From: a virus
Virus record (IMG/VR): IMGVR_UViG_3300022592_000003
Location: 1-64,000 of that record
DNA: 64,000 nt
Direction: 5' to 3' (one strand)
Shown here: positions 9,832 through 20,413 of the stretch, in pieces
How the letters are laid out: each line of letters opens with the position of its first letter
How positions within the stretch are numbered: the stretch's first letter is position 1
Made by a program: the position numbers and the translations under genes
The notes under the pieces: model-generated
Database searches by the model: none
Told to the model about the DNA's origin: nothing
What the model saw: the letters and a program-made list of their open reading frames with translations, nothing else

Positions 9832-11753
9832 TGGCTGCCACATTTTCATACTACTACACTGTAGACACCTATGTAAAATGGTCTACGATCCAAGACTCGG
9901 ATGAATCAGTTAGCGGTGTTGGTCAAGTAATTCTTGATGAGGTAATTGACTCTAACATGCCTGATTGGATACCTTTACATACTGAAAGTACAAACACAAC
10001 TGTTATCAAACACACCATTCAAAAAGGTTTTCAAATTAAATGGCGTGTACGATTTTACTGTAAAAAGGTAGATGGTTCTACAACTACATGGTATTGGCTA
10101 AGTGATGACGCCGTAACAAATGTGCATGCTAGTTTTGCAGCCTATAGAGGAAAAGTTAGTACTACTGATCCAAAAGTAAAAACATACCATGCAGGGGATG
10201 GAGTAACTACTGCATTTACTATTCCTAATACTACAGTAGTTAGTAACCCTACTGGTGGGGCCACATTTAGCTTTTGGTTAAACCCTACACAATCTAACTT
10301 TACTCTGTCTCCGGCTTTTGTTCTTAGTGCGGATATTCAAATAAACACCACAGATTTGTTGTCAAAATATGGTGGAGATTCAAACACAAATATTCAACAT
10401 GCTACTTTGCTTGGAGCAAACCCAAGTTTTACAGTATATGATGCTAAGCCTGTACCTTCTGCTACACCTCCTTCTTTAGAATCTGCTATTGAAATTTCAG
10501 GAAATAGCTTTAGTTATGCTTTTGATAGGTGTAATAATGATTGGTTCGGGTTATCAATAACCCCCACAAAAGCTACTTCTAACGGTGTTTTTTCTTATAG
10601 CTTTTTTACAGTTACATGTAAAGCTAATGGCACAGGGTTACAAAAATCATCAGTAGTTACTGAAACAGTAAAAGGAAACTTAACAAATAATAACGTCGGT
10701 TCTCAATTAAAAGCGGTAAGAAAAAAAATGCAGGCAGTACTTGTTGCCGATTGCTCTTCTCAATCAGGTGCTAACCCTGGTGGGGGAGGAGGAGGCGGTG
10801 GAGGCAATAACTCAGTGCCAAATACCGACAACTCTAGTACTACGGCTTCATCTGACCAACGATGGAATCCTCCTACCCACAGGTATAGTAGGGACATTCC
10901 TTATACACTTCGTTCTATAACTAACGATGTTTCTGATTCAATAAATCAAGGTATAAACTCGGACCTAAATGCTTTAGCTACACAGGCGTTGCTTGAAAGC
11001 GGCGCAGCTATTAAAGACTTTACTAGTCTACAAAATGGCCGGCTATTTCAAGATGCTTCTGGGGCACAGACTTTAAATACTAACCCAGATAAGCTTAAGT
11101 CTATTGATGCCATTAAAGGCCCAAAACAATGGGGATTTAGGTTTATGTATAACCCCACTACATTTGGATACCAGACAAGTTCAAATAACTCTGTAGACTT
11201 TACGTTTGGTGCAAAAGATCCTGCAACCCTTTTAGCTGGAAATCAAGACGTATCCTTCCAGCTATATATCAATAGAATCCCAGATATGGCTTATCTACAT
11301 AGCTTGGCTAATGGCAACTCTAGAATAAATATCTCTGAGTCCTTTGCTTACGGTCGAGCCTTATATCCAGAAGAAAAAGCCGGTCTTTTAAACCGTGGCA
11401 CGGAATACGACATTGAGTTTATTTATCGTGTTCTGAATGGTGACCCCACATCAAAGCCGCTGCTTTTTAGCCAAGACTATCAGGGCTTAACTGCAGACTT
11501 TGGGTACACTACCGCTACTCCATGCTGGCTAGTGCTTAATGATAACCTTAGGTACTACGGCTCTGTATCTAGTTTGGATGTTAACCATGTTATGTTTGAC
11601 CTTAATATGGTCCCAATCTTAACAACCGTAACTATCCACTTCTCTCGTATCCCTGCTCTTTGGAATGGTACGGCTGCCGGAGGATACAGCCGAGCTGACC
11701 TACAAAATAAGCTATCTGGTAACCTTATCGGTACCCCAACTACTACATCGTGA
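9831..11753 (+). CDS. tail tube initiator/baseplate-associated protein
   Basis: C-terminal FRFMYNPT...V.H.MF...MVP pattern; follows the tape measure gene. Confidence 0.55.
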   Translation: MAATFSYYYTVDTYVKWSTIQDSDESVSGVGQVILDEVIDSNMPDWIPLHTESTNTTVIKHTIQKGFQIKWRVRFYCKKVDGSTTTWYWLSDDAVTNVHASFAAYRGKVSTTDPKVKTYHAGDGVTTAFTIPNTTVVSNPTGGATFSFWLNPTQSNFTLSPAFVLSADIQINTTDLLSKYGGDSNTNIQHATLLGANPSFTVYDAKPVPSATPPSLESAIEISGNSFSYAFDRCNNDWFGLSITPTKATSNGVFSYSFFTVTCKANGTGLQKSSVVTETVKGNLTNNNVGSQLKAVRKKMQAVLVADCSSQSGANPGGGGGGGGGNNSVPNTDNSSTTASSDQRWNPPTHRYSRDIPYTLRSITNDVSDSINQGINSDLNALATQALLESGAAIKDFTSLQNGRLFQDASGAQTLNTNPDKLKSIDAIKGPKQWGFRFMYNPTTFGYQTSSNNSVDFTFGAKDPATLLAGNQDVSFQLYINRIPDMAYLHSLANGNSRINISESFAYGRALYPEEKAGLLNRGTEYDIEFIYRVLNGDPTSKPLLFSQDYQGLTADFGYTTATPCWLVLNDNLRYYGSVSSLDVNHVMFDLNMVPILTTVTIHFSRIPALWNGTAAGGYSRADLQNKLSGNLIGTPTTTS

Positions 11754-11762
11754 TGAGGACAT

Positions 11763-12044
11763 ATGATCGAAAGAGTATCTAGATACTATGATGGACCTTT
11801 AGCCCAGACCCAGCATAAGTACACAGACCAATACATTATTTCCGTATTTAGAAAATTTCCTGATAGCCAAGCTATTAACTACATTAGCTATACCTGGAAA
11901 GATGGGGACAGCCTCCCAAAACTTTCTGAGTATTATGGTGTTGGGGCAAAATATTGGTGGGAAATTATGGATATCAACCCAGAAATTTCTGACCCATTTA
12001 ACATTCTGCCTGGAACAGTGCTGAGGGTTCCGTATGGAAATTAA
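11763..12044 (+). CDS. LysM/tail X-like baseplate protein
   Basis: YTWKDGDSL..LS..YG...WWEIMDINP...PGTVLRVP. Confidence 0.85.
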   Translation: MIERVSRYYDGPLAQTQHKYTDQYIISVFRKFPDSQAINYISYTWKDGDSLPKLSEYYGVGAKYWWEIMDINPEISDPFNILPGTVLRVPYGN

Positions 12045-12885
12045 TGACTCCCCAGCCCAAAAGCATTTTGTATGGAACTCTACCGCTAAAGATAGTTCAT
12101 TCTCTGTTGAGTTTGTTAAGGCCCCAGATATGGATATTATCCTTGCTGGTGCAGAGCTATACCAAAGCCCTGAGGACCATGACCGCCTAGTTCTTCACTT
12201 TAAAGGTAAGCCTCTTTTAAAGAGAAACGCCCTTGTATCTGGAGACCCGGTTATTTTTACCTTTAGATCGGGTAAAGTAACCTCTACCTGGCACGGCTAT
12301 ATCTACAATGTCTCTCAAAAGAATAGCTACCAGGGCGGCAATACTGACGTCATCTGTGTAGGTGCTTCATGGGTATTAAAGGACACAGATCAAAAGATTC
12401 ATAAGAATACGACAGCCGATCAAGTGGTATCTCAGATTGCTAAAAAACATGGTATGGAAGCCGTAACTCAGCGAGATGCTCGAGTACGAAACGCCATTGT
12501 TCAGGCAGGACAAAGCGACTGGCAGCTATGCCGAAGTCTTGCTAAGCAGACCGGCTTTGCTTTGCGCTGCGAAAATACCACAATCTTTTTTGTATCTAAA
12601 GATAAGATCTATGAGAATAAAAAGAAATCAGCCTCATATTTTAAATATGTAGATCATGAAGTTACTGGTGTAGTACCTAAAGAACTTCGTGTCACCGGAA
12701 CAATTATTAGCTTTGACCCAGTTATTTCTGATCAAGCTCCTGAAATGGGTATTCGAGTAGACCGAGTTCTTGCAGGTGTTGATACTAAAAATAACAAGGT
12801 TGTTCAAGCAACTCACCCACATACACCTGCACACCCAACCAATCCTGGCGTTGTTATTCCTAATAAGAAATACTTCCTATCATGA
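12034..12885 (+). CDS. baseplate hub (gpD/gp27-like), N-terminal part
   Basis: T.DQVV..IAKKHG, Q.GQSDWQLCR.LA...G. Confidence 0.8.
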   Translation: MEINDSPAQKHFVWNSTAKDSSFSVEFVKAPDMDIILAGAELYQSPEDHDRLVLHFKGKPLLKRNALVSGDPVIFTFRSGKVTSTWHGYIYNVSQKNSYQGGNTDVICVGASWVLKDTDQKIHKNTTADQVVSQIAKKHGMEAVTQRDARVRNAIVQAGQSDWQLCRSLAKQTGFALRCENTTIFFVSKDKIYENKKKSASYFKYVDHEVTGVVPKELRVTGTIISFDPVISDQAPEMGIRVDRVLAGVDTKNNKVVQATHPHTPAHPTNPGVVIPNKKYFLS

Positions 12886-13493
12886 GTAACTTTTCTAATA
12901 ACACCTCGACTAATTCAAAGGCTGTCTTTAAGCAGTTTCACGTACATGAAGTTACGGCTAACCTTACTGAGTCTAAGCATATCTCAGATGCCTATAGCAA
13001 TACCCATCGCTATCAGCATAGAGCCCATGTAGTTATTGTCGGAACAGCATCTCTTCGTCCATATGACCCTATCTATTTAGACGGTCTTCCTAATGGAATG
13101 TCTGGGTACTGGACGGTACTATCAGTAAAGCATGTATTTGGTGGACGCCCAGCTAACTACATGTTAGAGCTAGAAGTAGGTACGGATGTCATTGGGGACG
13201 TTAACCCGGCTGCTAGTACGAACTCAGATCTTAGAGATATCCAGAGTGATCTAGCCGGTCAGTCCCTTACCTCTTCTGATGCCAAGCTTACAGAATACTC
13301 ACTATCTGTTAACGCCTCTAGCCTGCAGCCTTCTTACGGTGTAGCATCAAAAACTGCAGTCAACAGAACTACGGCAGTTAGTATTCCAAAGATTAACGGA
13401 GCAACCTCGTATAAGGATGCCCCACCAAATATCTCTGGGGTTAAAAAGACCGTTCAGTGGACAGCTAAAAGTAATGGTAAGGTATTACTATGA
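12882..13493 (+). CDS. baseplate hub (gpD-like), C-terminal part
   Basis: G.ASLRPYDPIYLDGL...SGYWTVLSVKH.F motif of gpD/VgrG C-termini. Confidence 0.7.
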   Translation: MSNFSNNTSTNSKAVFKQFHVHEVTANLTESKHISDAYSNTHRYQHRAHVVIVGTASLRPYDPIYLDGLPNGMSGYWTVLSVKHVFGGRPANYMLELEVGTDVIGDVNPAASTNSDLRDIQSDLAGQSLTSSDAKLTEYSLSVNASSLQPSYGVASKTAVNRTTAVSIPKINGATSYKDAPPNISGVKKTVQWTAKSNGKVLL

Positions 13494-13885
13494 AGTCTAC
13501 CCAGTATGGTTTTGACCCACAGGATCGCCCAAGATTTTATGGCATCTACTCAGCTAAAGTAATTAGCAACTCTGATCCTCTAAACAGGTCTCAGATTAAA
13601 GTAGTTGTGCCTCAGATTACTGGTACCGAAGTAACTAACTGGGCAAAAGCCTGCGTACCAATGACACACACGGCTGCTCAGATAGCCGGAACACTGACTA
13701 CAAGTTCAAGTACTACAGGCAGCGCTAGCGGCGGCACTGCCCATACCCACTCTATTCCAGCCCTTAACGTGGCTGTTAAAAGCGGACAGACTTTACCCAT
13801 AGTCCCAAATGTAGGGGACAATGTTTGGGTAATGTTTGAGGCCGGAGATCTTTCGTACCCTGTTTGGATAGGAGTTCAACTATGA
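13490..13885 (+). CDS. baseplate spike/gp5 OB-fold (gpV-like)
   Basis: V..NSDP....IKV.VP, P.VGD.VWVMFE.GD..YPVWIG. Confidence 0.9.
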   Translation: MKSTQYGFDPQDRPRFYGIYSAKVISNSDPLNRSQIKVVVPQITGTEVTNWAKACVPMTHTAAQIAGTLTTSSSTTGSASGGTAHTHSIPALNVAVKSGQTLPIVPNVGDNVWVMFEAGDLSYPVWIGVQL

Positions 13886-14268
13886 GTCTAAGCATCAGCT
13901 ACCCATATACCCTTGATTCATCTGGAGTAGTAACCTCTACTGCGGATGCAACTAAGATATACTTGGACAAGGTAATCACCCTTTTGTCTACAAATCTTGG
14001 GCAGAGGCCACTACTTCCAACCTATGGGGTTGACTGGTCTAGCGCCTTGTTTGAGAACGACAACAATGCTCGTAAGGCTATTCCTCAGGCTATCCGTGCA
14101 GCTGTAGCCAGGTGGTTGCCTGAGATTACTATCAACAATGTTATTATTACTAACAATAATTATGACGGAATTGAGAACGTTAATATTATTTTGACTTTGC
14201 CTGATAATACTACTAGCAACCTAGTTATTAACTCTGGCACTTTTAACTACAATGGAACACTAGGCTAA
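13882..14268 (+). CDS. baseplate wedge gp25/gpW-like
   Basis: LSTNLGQRPLLPTYG...FE...RWLPEI; GGAG RBS before ATG 13882. Confidence 0.88.
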   Translation: MSLSISYPYTLDSSGVVTSTADATKIYLDKVITLLSTNLGQRPLLPTYGVDWSSALFENDNNARKAIPQAIRAAVARWLPEITINNVIITNNNYDGIENVNIILTLPDNTTSNLVINSGTFNYNGTLG

Positions 14269-14278
14269 AGAGGTAGAA

Positions 14279-16030
14279 ATGCAAATTGACTATACATCAC
14301 GAGATTTTGCGGCACTTAAGTCCGACCTTATTTCTCTGATCTCAGCACGTACCAATACCAACTGGAACCCAACTGATTACTCAGATCTTGGCCATGTATT
14401 GGTTGAAGCATTCTCCTATATGGGCGATGTCATGTCTCACTACCTAGACCGTATTGCTAACGAGACAACTATTGATACCGCTATCCAGCGCAGTACGCTT
14501 TTGTCCTTAGCCAACCTATATGACTACAAGCCTTCTGGACCTACCCCTGCCACCACAACGGTTACGTTTACCAACGTAAGTACCAACAACATAGATATCC
14601 CTATTGGTACTCAGGTAATGGCACCACTATCTTTTGGTCCATATGCTCAGGTGTTCTTTGAGACCACGTCTTCAGCTACAGCTCTTGCCCCAAATGCCAG
14701 CATCAAGCTACCAGTAACTGAAGGAAAGACAGTCAATACAGACCGTCCTGACTTAATTGACCACACCTATAACAAGCCTCTCCCAGCTAACCTAGGTAGT
14801 TCTAGCGGCCTTGCAAACCAAGTCTTTACTATTGTTGACGTTGGAGTTATTGATAGCTCAGTAAATGTCTACGTAGGTCAAGGAGTTGCCTTCGGTAACT
14901 GGACCTATCAAGATACTCTTCTTGAGGCATCCCCTACTGACAACGTATTCACCACCCAAATCAATGAAGATGGCACAGTCAACATCGTATTTGGTGACGG
15001 AGTTAACGGCGCAATTCCACCTAGCGGCCAGCTTATCAGCTGTCTTTATAAGACTAGTGCTGGTGCTGCCGGAAACATTAAGTCTTTGAGCATTACTGAA
15101 CTTACCTTTATCCCAGGCAACGTTGATCCAGCAGCCACAACATACCTTACTGTTACAAACAGCTTACCATCTACTGGTGGAGCTGATGCTGACAGCATTA
15201 CTCAACTTAAGAAAAAGATTAAGGCAGCAGTTATTACACGCCGCCGTGCAGTAACTCTAGATGATTATGCAAAGCTAGCTACCTTAGTATCTATGGTGGG
15301 AAAGGCAAGCGTTAACTCATCTACCTACTCTTCAGTAAACCTATATGTACAGCCACAAAATGATGGCAGTGCGGCACCTGGCTACCCACAAAGCTCTATT
15401 GTAGGTATTGCAACAACCGGTACTGTAGTCACATTTGCCACAGATACTGACCATGGTTTTTCAGTAGGCGATGTTGTAGCTATCTCAGGAATCAACCCAT
15501 CAGTCTATAACACCTCATATGCCACGATTACCGCAGTCCCAGCTACAAGTACTTTTAGCATAGCCAGCACTACAACTACCCCATACGTTGGTGGCGGTTT
15601 GGCAATTTCAGCAACCCCAACAGCTTCATGGACAGCCCTATCAAAGGCGGTGTCTGCTTATCTAGCAGATAAGATTATGATTGGAACTACAGTAACTGTT
15701 CAACCACCTGTGTATGTGCCAGTATATATTTCTGCAAATGTTCAGGTAGACCCTGCGTATAAAAACTCTGATGTAAAGCTTGGGGTATACCAGGCTATGC
15801 TAGGAGACGGCGGATTGTTCCAATATGACAACAATACTTTTGCACGGACAATCTCTGTGTCGTCAGTCACAACAGCAATCCAAAATGTACCGGGTGTTCT
15901 TTACGCATCGTTTACAAAGATCAATACAGATAATGGTGCAGGCGTAGCTAATATTGTTCTTGACAATACTAGCATCCCGTACCTTACAGCATCTACCCTA
16001 GTTATTACACCTACAGGAGGCATTAGTTAA
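14279..16030 (+). CDS. baseplate J/gp6-like wedge protein
   Basis: IDYTSRDF, YLDRIANE, FGDGVNG.IP, GGAD, RAVTLDDY. Confidence 0.93.
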   Translation: MQIDYTSRDFAALKSDLISLISARTNTNWNPTDYSDLGHVLVEAFSYMGDVMSHYLDRIANETTIDTAIQRSTLLSLANLYDYKPSGPTPATTTVTFTNVSTNNIDIPIGTQVMAPLSFGPYAQVFFETTSSATALAPNASIKLPVTEGKTVNTDRPDLIDHTYNKPLPANLGSSSGLANQVFTIVDVGVIDSSVNVYVGQGVAFGNWTYQDTLLEASPTDNVFTTQINEDGTVNIVFGDGVNGAIPPSGQLISCLYKTSAGAAGNIKSLSITELTFIPGNVDPAATTYLTVTNSLPSTGGADADSITQLKKKIKAAVITRRRAVTLDDYAKLATLVSMVGKASVNSSTYSSVNLYVQPQNDGSAAPGYPQSSIVGIATTGTVVTFATDTDHGFSVGDVVAISGINPSVYNTSYATITAVPATSTFSIASTTTTPYVGGGLAISATPTASWTALSKAVSAYLADKIMIGTTVTVQPPVYVPVYISANVQVDPAYKNSDVKLGVYQAMLGDGGLFQYDNNTFARTISVSSVTTAIQNVPGVLYASFTKINTDNGAGVANIVLDNTSIPYLTASTLVITPTGGIS

Positions 16031-19000
16031 TGGCTAAGTATGGAGTCAAACTTTACGGTTCTGGGTTTAAGTATGGTCAGACATCAACTATCAGTGTCTA
16101 CTACAACTCCAAGATTATGGCCTGGGCATATGATTACAATACAACTATTGTAAGCTGGGGAACTATTGTTCCAGACCCAAGTGATCCCGCCCCTACACAT
16201 TGGAAACTAGTCAAGAGCTATCAAGGAACGCTAGACGATCCTTTAGATGGCATAACTGTTGCCGGTGGTCCTTGGTCTGCGTTTTCTACAAGCTACACAG
16301 ATGTGGATGTTCAGACTACAGACATTGAAGCTAGTTATTCTATTTGGCTTTTTAACGGTAGCCGTTGGATTTTCTGTGGAGATGCCTATACAGTACTTGT
16401 AAGTAATAAAGATTCTCTAGCCAACATGACTAGCTGGTTCCCAAAAGCTTGGGTAAACTCCGTTGAAGGTACTGGCGATGCTTTGGGTGAGCCAAATAGC
16501 AACACCCTAGTAACTATCTTGGGTGCTATGGCTTTTGTCTATGATAAGTTCAGAACAGAAGCGTCTATTCTTGGCAATTCATGGAACCCGATCTTTACAC
16601 CAAGTGCGATCCTAGATTTACGAGGACCATCTTACGGTGTCTTTTATGAGGCTGCACTAGGAGATGCATATAACCGCTCTCTATCAAATGTGGCTAACAT
16701 TGTAAATGCCCATAAAGGAACTTCTCTTGCACTTAAGACTTATACAACAGCTTTGACTCACCTAGGTGCAAACGTGTACGTTGGCCACAACTTAATGTTA
16801 GATTATAACGATGCTTCGTTTGAAGAGTCTTTAGGTCAATGGACCGCATCTAGCGGAACCTTTTCCTGGACAACATACACCACAGAAAGCCTTAGTGGAC
16901 CTACTACAACAAACGTATTGTACGACCCACTATACCCTATTCGATCTGTAGGCTTGGCAAAGCTAAGCACTGCAAGCACAACTCCGGTAACTCTTTCACA
17001 GAACAGCACTGCCCCGGGATTGCATGGAATACCTGTAACGGCTGGGACACGCTACGTGTTTAGCGGTTGGGTTCGGCACGCAACAAACGGAGGAACTGTC
17101 TCTACAACTATTAAGTGGTATGACCGTACCGGTGTGCTCCTAAGTACAACAAGCGCTGGGGCTAATACGACTACCATTAATAGTGGTTGGAAAGAGTTTA
17201 CCTCCCTATCTTCTTCTGGAAGAAATGGAACTGCTGCACCAACTAATGCAGCTTTTGCTCTACCTCAAATACTTGTTACCCCATCTTCTGGCTCAGCAAG
17301 CAATTTTTATATTGACATGCTGCAGTTTGCAGAGGCATCAAAAAGCTTTGAGTATCAGGATGCCCGTCGTATTCACGTATCTCTTGTAGGAGAAAAAGAA
17401 AACTACCTAACTAATCCAGACTTTGAGTATGGTTTTTCTGGTTGGACTGCTTATAATGGATATTTGTCTACAGACACAGTAACAATTACCCCGTTTGTTT
17501 CCAGTGCTAGGGTGGCTAAACTTATTGCACCATCTGCTGGCAGAGCTGCTTACATATCAGATTGGGTCTCAGTATCACCTGGAAGAACTATCAGTTTCTC
17601 CGCCTATGTTCAAGGATCTGCAGCACGATCAGCTGTAGCTCGAATTGAGTTTTCTAATCAATCTACCTTAGAGATTCAATCTCAAATTCTTTCAGATACT
17701 GATGGAAACTACTACCCTACTACACCTTACTATGTAGACTCAACTCCAGTTACCCTGTCTACATCAGCTAAAACCTTAGTAACCGTGTCTGCTATTAGCT
17801 CACCGTCAAGTGCTGATACTGGAAGTACTCTGGCTAAGGTATCTATCTACTTTGATAATAACGTGGCTAATGACTCATACTGGCTTGATGGAACTATTCT
17901 TGAGCAGACTGCAGTAAGCAGCCCATACTTTAACGGCAATGGTGGTAGGTTCCCAAGCAACCCAGTTACTACCACATATTACTCCCCGCTTGATTGCAAG
18001 TGGGAAACAAAGAACATCTACAACTATGTATCTAACCCTTCTTTTGAAGTAGATACAACAGACTGGGTTACAACTGCAGGCACGCTTACTAGAGTAGCTA
18101 CAGATGCAGGTTTGGGACCATTGTTTGGTTCTTATTTTGGAAAGCTTACCTATAGTGGATATGGGGCTTTTTCTGTAACAGGTTACCTTCCAACAGCGGC
18201 TCTTGGTGGAGAAGATGTTGTTTTCTCTATCTTTGTTCGTGGCGGCAATAATACATACACGCCTGATGCACCGTTTGCTAATACTGTAGTAGTACCTGCA
18301 GCAGAAGGTGTAAAATGGACACGAATAGTAGCAACACAGCCACTATCTCCTGGCCAAACAACTGTATCAATTAATATTAATGTTACTGGAGCTACATATT
18401 GCCATATTGACGGTGCTCAAATTGAATATGGACGTGTAGCAAATGCATTTGTAAACCCAGCTACTGCTACTAGTATTTCAAACCCACTTACCTCAGGTAA
18501 AACTATTTATGCAAATCAAGTACAAAGTGTTGGTGGAGGAAAGAGCAGCTACTTCTATAACCACAACGTTAAGAAGTCACGCTTGAACTCTACTATTGGA
18601 AAGTACATGCCTGCTGGAAGCACCTGGGCTATCGCTTCTGGAACTAGGTTACCTAGCTATCCTGACCTACCATCATCATTAGTTTTGGCATCCTCGTTTG
18701 AATCTAATACTTCTGGGTGGTCTGGAAATAATGCAAACATATATCGTAAAGTTGCTGGCGGCTCTATCCTGGGTGATAATGCAACTCATGGTCAAGCGTA
18801 TTGCATAGTAGTCAGAAGTGGTTCAAGTGCATTTGGCCTTACTACTGGAAACATACCTGTTTCTCCTACAGGCGGTTATTACGCATCAGTTGCTATTCGC
18901 CCAGGAGATAGTACGGTTTTTGCAAACTATACATTGACTGTTAACTTCTATACTGGAAGTGGAACCCTAATACCGGTGTATACCGATAATATCACCGGGT

Positions 19001-19227
19001 TGTATACAACTTCTAGCACAGATTCTACAGGAGCTAGCAACACACTGTCAACTTCTGCAGCCAGGTCAAAGACTGTTGCAATCAACCACTCTGATCGTTG
19101 GGCTTACTTAGCCAATACATTTATTCAAAGTAGCATCACCGGTGCCTCATACGCTATTCTTAGCGTTAGCTGTGATGCAGCAGCGGGTTCAATGTTCCAC
19201 ATTGACAGGGTTGTCTTCAGACAGTAG
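16030..19227 (+). CDS. baseplate wedge/tail protein with carbohydrate-binding-like modules
   Basis: HKGT wedge motif and repeated N(P).(S)FE...W CenC/CBM-like modules. Confidence 0.7.
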   Translation: MAKYGVKLYGSGFKYGQTSTISVYYNSKIMAWAYDYNTTIVSWGTIVPDPSDPAPTHWKLVKSYQGTLDDPLDGITVAGGPWSAFSTSYTDVDVQTTDIEASYSIWLFNGSRWIFCGDAYTVLVSNKDSLANMTSWFPKAWVNSVEGTGDALGEPNSNTLVTILGAMAFVYDKFRTEASILGNSWNPIFTPSAILDLRGPSYGVFYEAALGDAYNRSLSNVANIVNAHKGTSLALKTYTTALTHLGANVYVGHNLMLDYNDASFEESLGQWTASSGTFSWTTYTTESLSGPTTTNVLYDPLYPIRSVGLAKLSTASTTPVTLSQNSTAPGLHGIPVTAGTRYVFSGWVRHATNGGTVSTTIKWYDRTGVLLSTTSAGANTTTINSGWKEFTSLSSSGRNGTAAPTNAAFALPQILVTPSSGSASNFYIDMLQFAEASKSFEYQDARRIHVSLVGEKENYLTNPDFEYGFSGWTAYNGYLSTDTVTITPFVSSARVAKLIAPSAGRAAYISDWVSVSPGRTISFSAYVQGSAARSAVARIEFSNQSTLEIQSQILSDTDGNYYPTTPYYVDSTPVTLSTSAKTLVTVSAISSPSSADTGSTLAKVSIYFDNNVANDSYWLDGTILEQTAVSSPYFNGNGGRFPSNPVTTTYYSPLDCKWETKNIYNYVSNPSFEVDTTDWVTTAGTLTRVATDAGLGPLFGSYFGKLTYSGYGAFSVTGYLPTAALGGEDVVFSIFVRGGNNTYTPDAPFANTVVVPAAEGVKWTRIVATQPLSPGQTTVSININVTGATYCHIDGAQIEYGRVANAFVNPATATSISNPLTSGKTIYANQVQSVGGGKSSYFYNHNVKKSRLNSTIGKYMPAGSTWAIASGTRLPSYPDLPSSLVLASSFESNTSGWSGNNANIYRKVAGGSILGDNATHGQAYCIVVRSGSSAFGLTTGNIPVSPTGGYYASVAIRPGDSTVFANYTLTVNFYTGSGTLIPVYTDNITGLYTTSSTDSTGASNTLSTSAARSKTVAINHSDRWAYLANTFIQSSITGASYAILSVSCDAAAGSMFHIDRVVFRQ

Positions 19228-19236
19228 AATAGATCT

Positions 19237-19512
19237 ATGGGCATAGTATTTATAGCAGGACTAGCGGCGGCGTGTATTTTAACAGCTGTCGAAGGTTTAA
19301 TCAAACCGTTAGGTAAGTGGCGAGGACTTCTAGCTTTAGTCCTCGCCCTACTCTTCTGCTTAAATTTAAGTACTCGCTTATTATATCTAGGCGTCTACAC
19401 ATTAGCAAGTACGTTTGTAGGCCTAACACTTTCTCTCGCTACAGAACAAGTTCTAACGGGAATCTCTCCTCGTCAATCCCGTGGCTTGCCAAACAGGGTG
19501 GATAGGCTGTAG
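19237..19512 (+). CDS. small membrane protein
   Basis: Three hydrophobic segments. Confidence 0.65.
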   Translation: MGIVFIAGLAAACILTAVEGLIKPLGKWRGLLALVLALLFCLNLSTRLLYLGVYTLASTFVGLTLSLATEQVLTGISPRQSRGLPNRVDRL

Positions 19513-19515
19513 TAT
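19486..19515 (+). promoter_or_regulatory. sigma70-type promoter for the replication module
   Basis: TTGCCA-18 nt-TAGTAT upstream of the GAGGAGG RBS. Confidence 0.5.
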
Positions 19516-19534
19516 ATATAAAGAGGAGGGTTAT

Positions 19535-20413
19535 ATGTTACGACCAATTGTTAACCCAAAGTTATCTTTACGAGCCAGGTCTCTGTTCTACTACTTCGTA
19601 GAAAAGGGCCGGGTTATTTCGGCTGACGAATTACGAAGCACTAAAGAATTCCCGGAAGGTCGGGATGCGCTTCAGGCTGCCATCAATGAACTCAAGGATC
19701 TCAAGTACGTTAAGTCTGTTCGGGTACAGAACAACGGACAGTGGATCGCCCGTTTAAAATTCACAGATGAGGCTAAAAAGCTCATTTTTACCGACAACGG
19801 CTTTTCAGGGCACCTATACATAGACAACTATATAGCTACTAATACTAGTGATATAACTACTAGTACTAATATAGTTAATAATCCTAACGGATTATTAACT
19901 ATAGGGGCTGCGCCCCTTAAGGAGGAAGCAGTGGTTTGGAAAGAGGAAGAGGAAGAAGCGGTTGGCGCTGTAGGCAAGATCGAAGATCGCCAGGCTAAGT
20001 TAAACGCCAAGTACAAGAAGCCAGTCAAGGCTCAGCGCAATAGCAAGGATCGAGTAAACACTCCAGAGGAACTCTGGTCAACCAATGACTTGATCGCAGA
20101 GTTCTACGACCTAGTAGAGAAGGCAGCTCCAAATACTTCCAGCCAAGTTAATGGCAAGTATCTCGCTACCTGGCTCAACAAGCAGGTTGGTGAAGGAACT
20201 GATCGCTATACGCTTCTCAAGGCTATGCGGATGTTCTTTGCAGATCCTCGTAACCTAAACGATGTGGGAGTCGGCAAGCCACTATGGCAACGCTTCTTCG
20301 CTTACTACCCAACCATCCAAGGAATTGTAAAGAAGCCAGCAGAGCCGGTCTACTCAACAGATAAGTTCAAGGCTCACCAAGAAAAGATGATGCGACTACT
20401 AGAGGGGGAATAA
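19535..20413 (+). CDS. putative replication initiator (N-terminal HTH)
   Basis: LSLRARSL...EGRDAL.AAINELK...Y HTH pattern; sits before the DnaC-like gene; GAGGAGG RBS. Confidence 0.65.
   Translation: MLRPIVNPKLSLRARSLFYYFVEKGRVISADELRSTKEFPEGRDALQAAINELKDLKYVKSVRVQNNGQWIARLKFTDEAKKLIFTDNGFSGHLYIDNYIATNTSDITTSTNIVNNPNGLLTIGAAPLKEEAVVWKEEEEEAVGAVGKIEDRQAKLNAKYKKPVKAQRNSKDRVNTPEELWSTNDLIAEFYDLVEKAAPNTSSQVNGKYLATWLNKQVGEGTDRYTLLKAMRMFFADPRNLNDVGVGKPLWQRFFAYYPTIQGIVKKPAEPVYSTDKFKAHQEKMMRLLEGE

Noticed and set aside
4275-19227. Extracellular contractile injection system (eCIS/tailocin)
   Set aside because: The tail genes are contiguous with a full phage replication, lysis and early gene set, so this is a myophage tail
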